Below the pieces are notes generated by a model. It was not told the DNA's origin. It saw only the letters and a list, made by a program, of their open reading frames with translations, and searched no databases. Source: Humisphaera sp. (GTDB taxonomy: Bacteria > Planctomycetota > Phycisphaerae > Tepidisphaerales > Tepidisphaeraceae). Taken from it: DNA of 40,040 nucleotides. The position numbers were made by a program, and so were the translations under genes. This document shows, in pieces, positions 8,966 to 16,274 of this stretch; position 1 is the stretch's first letter, and each line of letters starts with the position of its first letter. Location: contig JANXVV010000109.1 in assembly GCA_025351525.1 (NCBI GenBank), forward strand, positions 1 through 40,040. The letters run 5' to 3'.

Positions 8966-9424
8966 ATGGCGACGCTGACCGACAAATCGAAAGTGAACCG
9001 TTTCAAACTGGCTGCCGAAACCAAAGGCTCCGAGCGTCGCGAGCATCGGCGATATGAATTGGGAGGTCAGACGCTGAGCGTGAACCGCTGGGATGGCCGT
9101 CGTCGGGAGGCGATGGATTTTGGGTATCTCGTCGATCTTTCCGCCGGCGGCGTGCGGGTTCGCACAAGCCAGCCGAACATCAAGCAGGATCATCAAATCC
9201 GCGTTCGCCTGGAGATGCCCAGCTACGCCGGCATCTGCCCGTTTGTCGAAGCGAAAGAAGGCCAGGCAAAACCGAAGAACGAGTGGATCGGTTGGATGGC
9301 CGTCAGTCGCGTCAGCAAAATTGCCGACAGCGAATTTGACATCTGCGGCCGCCTGATCGACATGGACGAAATGGATCGCGGAATGCTGGGTCTCTATCTT
9401 TCGACTCAACCTCTGGCAGCCTGA
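8966..9424 (+). CDS. PilZ domain protein (c-di-GMP receptor type)
   Basis: AGGAGA lies 6 nt upstream of the ATG. The PilZ signatures RREHRRY (RxxxR) and DLSAGGVRV (D/NxSxxG) are present with correct spacing. Confidence 0.8.
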   Translation: MATLTDKSKVNRFKLAAETKGSERREHRRYELGGQTLSVNRWDGRRREAMDFGYLVDLSAGGVRVRTSQPNIKQDHQIRVRLEMPSYAGICPFVEAKEGQAKPKNEWIGWMAVSRVSKIADSEFDICGRLIDMDEMDRGMLGLYLSTQPLAA

Positions 9425-9654
9425 ATTTTTGCCGCTCGGCTTAGCCCGGCCACAAACTGACGTCGGGACCACCGCTGATTGCCTTTAGCGATGATCCCGG
9501 ACACCGACTCGCCGACGGGATCTCCTTCCTCCGTCGGCGGTGTCGTTGAAACGCGAGCTGCCGGAATCCGGGTCGTCGCCTGAGGCTCCGATCCCGGCGT
9601 GAACGAAGTTTATTGACACTTCAGCAAACCCTTGGTCATCCAAAACGCAATTCG

Positions 9655-9777
9655 TTATTTAGACTTCTTACAACTCCCCTTCGAGCTCGGCTTCTTACCC
9701 GCCACCGGTTCAAACCCCGGCCAGCATCGAGACTTCTTGGCGGGGGAACGACTCACTTTTTTCTTCGTCGGCATCAT
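9655..9777 (-). CDS. Small basic protein, 40 aa (below the ORF-track length cut-off)
   Basis: The reverse strand reads GGAGGT directly followed by ATGATG. Translation is MMPTKKKVSRSPAKKSRCWPGFEPVAGKKPSSKGSCKKSK, ending at TAA. The Lys-rich composition with a CWPGFEPV core looks like a real small protein, but the SD spacing is short (0-4 nt). Confidence 0.4.
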   Translation of the reverse strand: MMPTKKKVSRSPAKKSRCWPGFEPVAGKKPSSKGSCKKSK

Positions 9778-9965
9778 ACCTCCAGTGTTGTAGGGCATAA
9801 GCCGCAAAAGTTGTTCCGGCGAAACAGTTCAGCGATATTTTTGAAAGTGCTGCGATCGGCGTTACTACGCCTGCCATCGCAAATTTTGTTACCATCCTTC
9901 GTCCACCCGAAGAATGTTTCGAAAAAGCAACCGGAGAGTTCAATGAGGCGACCCTGGCGCTGTGC

Positions 9966-10931
9966 TTGAGCCGTCTGCATACTTTCACTCGCCTTCTCAT
10001 TTCACGTCGTCGCCCAAGGTGGATCGGCGGCGGACCGCAAGCCGATCTCAAAGACGTGGTGAAGGTCGTGTGGAACGCGGGCCATCTCAACACCGCGCAC
10101 GCCTGGATCGAGCAGACGCGCAAAGGCATCGGCGCGAAAGGGAAGTTCGCCTACTACGGCTCTGGAACAGTGACGAACGCCATCAGCGCCGAGGTCACGT
10201 TCAACGATGGGTCGATCAAAAACGTTCCGCTTTCACCTGATTTCCAATCGCCGGTGGATGATGGCATCCACCTCCGCAGCACCTACCGGCCCATCGAAAC
10301 CGGCGGTGGTGCCGTCTGGTTCGATGTGGATCTCGACCTGTACGCATCGCGCAACGAGCTGTTTCACAAGATCGATCATGTCGAGTGGCTCTTCGGGCCG
10401 CCTTTTGAAAATCAGCGACGAGTTGCCATCGGAAGCACGACCAATTTCAACGTTTCGGTCAGTACGCTTAAAGAGTTTCGCGTGCGGGCGAAGGTGATCT
10501 ATCGCGATGGCTCCGTGAAGGAACTGTCGCATTGGGTCGAACTGGGGCCGTCCGGAAAATATGCGGATGTGCGGCGGATTGAGATGCAGGCGACGAACTC
10601 CTATCTCGGGGTGCTGGCCGGCAAACCGAATTGGCGCGTTCGCATTCGTCCGATGGGCGATTGGGACACGCTCGACACGCTGCAAAGCGTGAAATACAAA
10701 GTGCCTGCTGCGGTATGGCCGGGCGGAATTCAGGAAGTGCCGGCGGAGAAAACCCCCCGATGGTCGATTCGAGTTCAGCGCATCGGAACCCTTCGACGGG
10801 ACGGCGGATATCGTCTTCAAAAGCGGGATGTTGACGCGCCTGCCATTCTCGGTGAGCAAGCTCGCCGATCGGCAGGATCAGATCGGCCTCGCGGTGGAGG
10901 TGGGCAGGGAGAAGCTGCCCAACTTCGGTAG
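9966..10931 (+). CDS. Tandem pYEATS-like repeat protein, 5' fragment (frame 0); probably a disrupted gene
   Basis: There is no ATG; the listed start is TTG. The translation contains repeated modules of the type W-x-hydrophobic ... L..I..V.Y/W ... F.hydrophobic ... V.F.DGS...L. Examples are AVWFDVDLDLYASRNELFHKIDHVEWLFGPPFENQRRV..FNVSV..FRVRAKVIYRDGSVKELSHWVEL. After about 10750 the translation becomes Arg/Gly-rich nonsense. Confidence 0.55.
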   Translation: MSRLHTFTRLLISRRRPRWIGGGPQADLKDVVKVVWNAGHLNTAHAWIEQTRKGIGAKGKFAYYGSGTVTNAISAEVTFNDGSIKNVPLSPDFQSPVDDGIHLRSTYRPIETGGGAVWFDVDLDLYASRNELFHKIDHVEWLFGPPFENQRRVAIGSTTNFNVSVSTLKEFRVRAKVIYRDGSVKELSHWVELGPSGKYADVRRIEMQATNSYLGVLAGKPNWRVRIRPMGDWDTLDTLQSVKYKVPAAVWPGGIQEVPAEKTPRWSIRVQRIGTLRRDGGYRLQKRDVDAPAILGEQARRSAGSDRPRGGGGQGEAAQLR

Positions 10932-11352
10932 AGCGGTCACCTGGAAAGCTTGGCCGAGCGGCCCGGAGATACAGTTGAAGCGCATTCTGCGTGTCGATTA
11001 TGACTACCGGGTCGACGGTCACACCCAGCACACGACGGTGGATCCCTCGCACAAGGAAATTCCCGAATTTCTAGGTTGCGGCGGCGTGGTGACGGATGGA
11101 TCGCCGCTGCGGGCCATCGTCTGGTTTAACGATGGGTCGCATCTCGCTTTATTTCATACCTTAAGTCCGATTGAAGAGGGCAAAGTGAGTGGTCAGCCGG
11201 CTGAATTGGAGGTGCAGCTGCGCGAGCGTTATTGGGAAATCGAAGCGGGCAAACCGACCTGGTCGATCCGCGCCGAATTGATCGGTTCGGCGGCGAATCT
11301 GGCGAAGATCACGTTGATCGATGAGACGATCGAGAAGCTGACTCGCGAATGA
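10828..11352 (+). CDS. Tandem pYEATS-like repeat protein, 3' fragment (frame +1), continuation of 9966..10931
   Basis: This frame is open from 10693 and continues the repeat pattern (DGRFEFSASEPFDGTADIVFKSGMLTRLPFSV, RAIVWFNDGSHLALFHTL, YWEIEAGKPTWSIRAELIG). The last module stops half-way, at ITLIDETIEKLTRE followed by the stop codon. Confidence 0.55.
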   Translation: MLTRLPFSVSKLADRQDQIGLAVEVGREKLPNFGRAVTWKAWPSGPEIQLKRILRVDYDYRVDGHTQHTTVDPSHKEIPEFLGCGGVVTDGSPLRAIVWFNDGSHLALFHTLSPIEEGKVSGQPAELEVQLRERYWEIEAGKPTWSIRAELIGSAANLAKITLIDETIEKLTRE

Positions 11353-11405
11353 TCAGATTGGACGATGCGGATCACGTCGGCAGCAGCCGGCCAACGGCCC
11401 AGCGA

Positions 11406-11793
11406 GCCGTTCATTTTTTTCGGAAGTGTGGACGCGGCGAAGCCGCCACCGATTCGGAGCGGGCTTCAACGACCTTAATCTGAAAAACGACCGACCCCGC
11501 CCGCTCCGAATCGGAGGTGATTTTGATGTCCACGGTTCCAAATAAAGTTCGATCTTGCAAATGGTGAAGGAGCAGCCGTCACTTGGCTTTATCGGCGTGC
11601 GCTCGGTAAAATAACATATGTGATGTTTCGTGATTTTTAGGGTCGCCGTTCATTTTTTTCGGAACCGTGGACATCAAAATCACCTCCGATTCGGAGCGGG
11701 CGGGAACAGGCGTTTCCCTGAACAAACTCGTTGAAGCCCGCTCCGAATCGAAGGCGGCTTCGCCGCGTCCACACTTCCAAATAAGGTTCGATC
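11406..11793. repeat. Two 149-bp units (11406-11554, 11645-11793) with direct flanks and mutually inverted 110-bp cores
   Basis: The left flanks GCCGTTCATTTTTTTCGGAA are identical. The right flanks TTCCAAATAA(A/G)GTTCGATC have 1 mismatch. Core 11426-11535 equals the reverse complement of 11665-11774, except for 2 nt in the arms and 11 of 24 nt in the centre. Confidence 0.9.
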
Positions 11794-11819
11794 CTGCGGG
11801 AGAAATCCTTCGGATTCGA

Positions 11820-12368
11820 TCAGGAGAACAGTTGTGACACCGCAATCGAGAAACCGGGGAACACCTCGCCGCCCTCCAACAAATCCGTGGCCTGCAATCG
11901 GCGGACACGCCCGTCGGGAGAATGCACCGAAACCGTGCGTCTGCGCGGGTTCAACACCCACACCGCAACCGTCCCCGCCTCAAGATACTCGGCGACCTTG
12001 TCCTCCACTTCCTCCAGGGTGTCGCCGGGCGAAATGATCTCGACGGCAATGTCCGGCGACCCTTTGAAAAAACCCTTCGGCCTCGGATTCGGGATTCGGG
12101 CTTTACAAACAAAAGCCACATCCGGCGCACGAACCGTGTCGGGATCGCGCGAAAGACAGAAGCCCGCTTCGGAGGTCAGCACATCCCCGAGATCATTGGC
12201 AAGCGAGTGCCGACCCATTGCCGTGGCCAATCGGCCGCCAAAAGTACCGTGCTCGTATCCGGCCGGGGCCATGGTTCGCAACTCTCCCTTCACCAGTTCA
12301 TGCCGCATATTCCCGCTGGGCATTTCCAGCAATTCAGCCGCCGTCATCAATCCGGTAGTTGTCGACAT
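11820..12368 (-). CDS. Uma2 family (DUF820) putative endonuclease
   Basis: MSTTTGLMTAAELLEMP..., HELVKGEL, EHG, PDVAF and PDIAVEIISPGD...K..Y match the PD-(D/E)xK Uma2 pattern. I prefer the ATG at 12368 to the ORF-track start at 12419, which would overlap gnd. Confidence 0.8.
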   Translation of the reverse strand: MSTTTGLMTAAELLEMPSGNMRHELVKGELRTMAPAGYEHGTFGGRLATAMGRHSLANDLGDVLTSEAGFCLSRDPDTVRAPDVAFVCKARIPNPRPKGFFKGSPDIAVEIISPGDTLEEVEDKVAEYLEAGTVAVWVLNPRRRTVSVHSPDGRVRRLQATDLLEGGEVFPGFSIAVSQLFS

Positions 12369-12403
12369 AATGCACGCATTATACCGCGTTTGAGATTGCA
12401 TTC

Positions 12404-13846
12404 CTACTTCGCCGACCATTCCGTATGAATGAACTCCCCCGGTTTCTCAGTGCGCTCATAGGTATGCGCCCCAAAGAAATCCCGCTGGGCCTGTATCAGA
12501 TTGCCCGGCAGGCGCGCCCGGCGATAGGTGTCGTAGTACGCCAGCGAACCGCTGAACGCCGGCAGACCGATGCCGTTGGAAATGCCCATGGCCACGATGC
12601 GCCGCCAGGCGTCCTGCCGGCTGTTGATCATCTGGCGGAAATTGTCGTCCATCAGCAGATTCGGCAGACCCGGATTGCTCTTGAACGCCTTGGTAATCTC
12701 TTCCAGAAACGCCGCCCGGATGATGCACCCGGCCCGCCAGATCATGGGCAGATCGGGGAGGGTCATGTGAAAATCGAACCCGCCCTTGTCCTTCGGCTTG
12801 TTCGCCGCCGCCAGCATCGCCATGCCCTGCGCGTACGAACAAATTTTCGAGCAGTAGAGCGCATCCTTCACATCGTTGATGAACTGCTTGAGATCGCCGA
12901 CGAGAGGCTTGGGCTGCGGGCCACCGAGCGATTTTGCAGCCGCCACGCGTTCATCCTTGATCATCGACAGTTCCCGGCTGTCCACCGCCGCCGCCATCGT
13001 GGGGACGGGGACGATCAGATCGTTCGCGGATTTGATCGTCCACGTGCCGGTGCCCTTCATGCCGACCACATCGCGAATCTGTTCGACCAACGCCTGCTTT
13101 GGATTTTGCGGATCGGGGAAGTTGATCACCTTCTCGGTGATGTCGATCAGGAAACTCTGGAGCTCGCCGGTGTTCCAGTCGGCAAAGGTGTCCTTCAGCT
13201 GCGCGTTGTTCAAACCGCCGATGTTTTTCAGCAGATCGTACGCCTCGGCGATGAGCTGCATGTCGCCGTACTCGATGCCGTTGTGGACCATCTTGACGAA
13301 GTGGCCCGCCCCGCCGTCACCACAATAGGTGACGCACGGAACGCCATCGCTCGGGGCTTTCGCCGCGATTTTTTCGAGGATCGGGCGGACGTGCTCGTAG
13401 CTCTCGCGGTCGCCGCCCGGCATGATGCTCGGACCCCACAGCGCGCCCTCTTCACCCCCGCTGACCCCCATGCCGAAAAACTTGATGCCGGTGGGTTTCA
13501 GATACGCCACCCGCCGTTCGGTATCTGTGAACAGCGAATTGCCCCCATCCATCACGATGTCGCCCGGTTGAAGCAGCGGCTTGAGTTCCTCGATCACCGC
13601 ATCGACCGGTTTGCCGGCCTTCACCATGATCAGAATCCGCCGCGGCTTTTCGAGGTTGCCCACGAAGTCGGCGATCTTCTCGAACCCCTTCGCATTCTTC
13701 CCCTTCGCCAGCTCATTGATGAAATGTTCGGTCTTCGAGTAGGTCCGATTGTAGACCGCGATGGGGAACCCGTTCCGCTCGATGTTGAGCGCGATGTTCC
13801 GACCCATGACTTCCAATCCGATGATGCCGAATGCCTGACCGCTCAT
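12404..13846 (-). CDS. gnd: 6-phosphogluconate dehydrogenase, decarboxylating
   Basis: MSGQAFGIIGLEVMGRNIALNIERNGFPIAVYNRT (NADP Rossmann fold), GAGHFVKMVHNGIEYGDMQLIAEAY and RDFFGAHTYER. GAGGA lies 8 nt upstream of the ATG at 13846. Confidence 0.95.
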   Translation of the reverse strand: MSGQAFGIIGLEVMGRNIALNIERNGFPIAVYNRTYSKTEHFINELAKGKNAKGFEKIADFVGNLEKPRRILIMVKAGKPVDAVIEELKPLLQPGDIVMDGGNSLFTDTERRVAYLKPTGIKFFGMGVSGGEEGALWGPSIMPGGDRESYEHVRPILEKIAAKAPSDGVPCVTYCGDGGAGHFVKMVHNGIEYGDMQLIAEAYDLLKNIGGLNNAQLKDTFADWNTGELQSFLIDITEKVINFPDPQNPKQALVEQIRDVVGMKGTGTWTIKSANDLIVPVPTMAAAVDSRELSMIKDERVAAAKSLGGPQPKPLVGDLKQFINDVKDALYCSKICSYAQGMAMLAAANKPKDKGGFDFHMTLPDLPMIWRAGCIIRAAFLEEITKAFKSNPGLPNLLMDDNFRQMINSRQDAWRRIVAMGISNGIGLPAFSGSLAYYDTYRRARLPGNLIQAQRDFFGAHTYERTEKPGEFIHTEWSAK

Positions 13847-14001
13847 GATCTGATCCTCATTTGAAAAAGTATAGAGAGTCACCGAAAGACCGGCATTGTG
13901 GAGTTTTCGGGAGGATTGGCAATACGGTGCCGCAAGGGGACTGCCCGCATCCCGAACGTTACTTTTCTTTCACCGTTTCCAAGCTCGCCTATACTGCCCC
14001 C

Positions 14002-14898
14002 ATGGCCTCCCCCAAACACGCCCCCCGCGATGGTTCCCGCCGGTATCACGACCGAGTCGCCCGGCAGTATGATTCGATCTACGAGGATCCCTACTGGGAA
14101 TTCCACGATGAATTCACCTGGCGATCGATCAAGCCTTTTATTCCCCGCGACCTGTCCGCCCATTGTCTCGATCTCGGTTGCGGCACCGGCAAGTGGGGGT
14201 TGAAACTGTTGAAGACCGGCTTCGCCACCACCTTCGTCGATCACGCCGCCGCCATGATCGAGAAGACGCGAGAGAAGGTCGAGGCGATGGGGCCGAGGGC
14301 GAAAAAGGCCACGCTGCTGGCGGCCGACATGGTCGATCTGTCCTCCCTGCCGCTCGATCATTTTTCGCTGACCCTGGCGATGGGCGATCCCCTGTCGATC
14401 TGTTCCGATCCATTCAAAGCCGCCCGCGAGATGTACCGGGTGAGCAAACCCGGCGGCATCATCATCGCCACCGCCGACAACAAACTGGCCGCCCTCGATC
14501 ATTTCATCGAGCGCGGCAACTTGGACGCCCTGGCGGAGTTCATCCACACCGGCCGCACCCACTGGCTGACCGCCGATGAGCGAGAGCAGTTCGAGCTGAC
14601 CACCTTTACCCCTCTGTCCCTCCGCAGACTCTTTGAGAAATCCGGTTTCGAGGTGCTCGAAATCCTCGGTAAAACCATCCTCCCCGTGCGGAACAACAAG
14701 CAACTGCTGGCCTCACCGGACGCGGTGGAGCGATTGCTCAAGATGGAACTGGAACTTTCCAAAGACCCGGCGGCGGCGGCGCGGGCGGGACACTTGCAGA
14801 TCGTGGCCCGAAAGCCTGCGATCCACGCCGGGATCGAAGCCGCAGGCGACGACCCGGATTCCGCATCGACAGGTGCGGAGCCGCGCGCATGCCCGTGA
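14002..14898 (+). CDS. Class I SAM-dependent methyltransferase
   Basis: CLDLGCGTGKWG (motif I), LLAADMVDL and VSKPGGIIIA. I prefer the start at MASPKH (14002) to the TTG/GTG-extended ORF-track start at 13861. Confidence 0.8.
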   Translation: MASPKHAPRDGSRRYHDRVARQYDSIYEDPYWEFHDEFTWRSIKPFIPRDLSAHCLDLGCGTGKWGLKLLKTGFATTFVDHAAAMIEKTREKVEAMGPRAKKATLLAADMVDLSSLPLDHFSLTLAMGDPLSICSDPFKAAREMYRVSKPGGIIIATADNKLAALDHFIERGNLDALAEFIHTGRTHWLTADEREQFELTTFTPLSLRRLFEKSGFEVLEILGKTILPVRNNKQLLASPDAVERLLKMELELSKDPAAAARAGHLQIVARKPAIHAGIEAAGDDPDSASTGAEPRACP

Positions 14899-15011
14899 AA
14901 GAGCGGCAACCGCATCCCCGATACGCCACCGCAGTGGGCCGAAGGGGGTTGACTCCACGCGCGGCCCCAATCCCGGCCTCTCATCCACCACCACCGCGCC
15001 GGCCGGCAACC

Positions 15012-15617
15012 CTACTCCAGTTCAGGCAACCGCTCCGGCGGCACGAGCAGACGGATCGACCGCGTCGCGCGCGGCGTTCTTTCAATGAACCCCTTCTTTT
15101 CCAACATCAGAATCATGTCGTGAACGGACGGTGGGCTGACCTGGAAATGCCGCCGCATGTCCACTTCGGACGGGGGCCGGTCGTTGAGCTTCGTGTAGGC
15201 GTGAATGAAAGCGAGGAACTGCCCCTGGCGGGCGGTGGCCTGCGGCACTCCCCTAATTCCCGCTGCCCCGGATTTTTGGGCCCCGACCCTCTTTGCCACA
15301 AAGTCTGTTTCCGTTCCCTGATGGAAGAAGAACATCCCCTTCAGCGATCCATCGCGATCCAGCACCGCCCACCCCCGGCCCGACACATGATCCATCTCAT
15401 CATTCCCCTCCCACGTCCACTCGACCCCGGGCTTGCCAACCCGCTCGAGCAATCGGTGATCGACAGCGCCTTCGACGTAGCCGAACGCGAACTCCCCCCG
15501 GTGGTCGGTGTCGAACCGGATGAACGCCGGAACCCCGCTGTCTTCCTCATTCGGGTCGTCTCCCTCCATCTCGACGATGCGCCACGGGCCGAGGATCTCC
15601 GAATTTTTTTTCTTCAT
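15012..15617 (-). CDS. DNA-binding protein with C-terminal LexA-type winged helix and an uncharacterised N-terminal domain
   Basis: The C-terminus TARQGQFLAFIHAYTKLNDRPPSEVDMRRHFQVSPPSVHDMILMLEKKGFIERTPRATRSIRLL matches the LexA DNA-binding domain pattern. No S24 peptidase Ser/Lys domain is present. The N-terminal ~115 aa (GPWRIVEMEGDD...VEWTWEGNDEMDHVSGRGWAVLDRDGSLKGMFFFHQG) is a domain I cannot name. Confidence 0.65.
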   Translation of the reverse strand: MKKKNSEILGPWRIVEMEGDDPNEEDSGVPAFIRFDTDHRGEFAFGYVEGAVDHRLLERVGKPGVEWTWEGNDEMDHVSGRGWAVLDRDGSLKGMFFFHQGTETDFVAKRVGAQKSGAAGIRGVPQATARQGQFLAFIHAYTKLNDRPPSEVDMRRHFQVSPPSVHDMILMLEKKGFIERTPRATRSIRLLVPPERLPELE

Positions 15618-15637
15618 GAACTCGATTAAAGCGACAT

Positions 15638-16077
15638 GGACTGCCCCACGGATGACGGGCGCGGCGAAGGGGCTAATTGAATCTCGCCTCGAACGCTTCG
15701 GGGCTGAGGTACTCTAACAAACTGTGTAACCTTTTGCGATTGTAAAATATTTCAATGTATTCAAAGATCGATTGCCTTGCCCGCTCGCGCGTGGCGTACT
15801 GCACGCCGCGGTCGCGCAGACCGTTTCCCCTTCGGCTTCGATCGCGGCACACACGCGCCGGCTGCCGTATACGCACCGGTTCTCCTCATGCACTTTTTTG
15901 ATTTTCACTTTCAGCGCTTCCATGCGTTTGGCCGCCTCGGGGATCGTGTACCCCTGGGCATTCACCAGACTCACCGTGGAAATCTCGAACTCACGCGTGT
16001 ACTTTCGATTGGCCATCCATCGCTCCTTTGCAGCAGATTATCCTCCATTCGCCGCGCCCGTCATCCGTGGGGCAGTC
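15638..16077 (-). mobile_element. Internally deleted IS3-family mini-element with perfect 31-bp terminal inverted repeats
   Basis: GGACTGCCCCACGGATGACGGGCGCGGCGAA at 15638-15668 is the exact reverse complement of 16047-16077. The internal reading frames carry IS3 OrfA and OrfB fragments. Confidence 0.85.
15673..16016 (-). pseudogene. IS3-family transposase remnant (orfA HTH start fused to orfB start and orfB C-terminus)
   Basis: MANRKYTREFEISTVSLV..GYTIPEAAKR is the Orf[32 protein letters not shown] is the OrfB N-terminus. [35 protein letters not shown], in another frame, is the rve C-terminus. AAGGAG precedes the ATG at 16016. Only ~115 codons remain of a normal ~400. Confidence 0.85.
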
Positions 16078-16274
16078 CGGTTCCCCGTTCCCGCATCATT
16101 CAAACATTCATCATTCGTCATTGATTCGTGAATTCGAATTTCGTCCTTCGTCATTCCTCCCGCCTCCCGGAAGGTGTCGCGGGGGATCACGGTGCCGAGG
16201 CGTGGGCGCATGCCGGTGGCCCACGGCGGTGCTGTCGGTGGCGAACATGGACAGCCGACGCCTGATCGGGCGAT

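Noticed and set aside
8858-9472. 204-aa reverse-strand ORF
   Set aside because: It is antisense to the PilZ gene, which has diagnostic motifs and a good RBS. The reverse translation has no features.
9613-10129. ORFs 9613..9969(+) and 9710..10129(-)
   Set aside because: Their translations are low-complexity and Arg/Leu/Ser-rich. They overlap the better-supported small basic ORF and the 5' region of the pYEATS-like gene.
11353-11961. Reverse-strand ORFs 11353..11541, 11579..11908 and 11680..11961, and the possibility of a CRISPR array
   Set aside because: The ORFs run through the inverted-core repeat units, and their sequence is dictated by the repeats. The region is not CRISPR: there are only four repeat arms, in alternating orientation, with no regular repeat-spacer periodicity and no cas genes.
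12425-13864. 479-aa + strand ORF
   Set aside because: It is antisense to gnd, whose identity is unambiguous. The + translation is Arg/His/Asp-rich nonsense.
13879-15629. ORFs 13879..14703(-), 14163..14579(+), 14499..14984(-) and 14889..15629(+)
   Set aside because: These are shadow frames of the methyltransferase (14002..14898) and the LexA-wHTH gene (15012..15617). They contain no motifs and have skewed composition.
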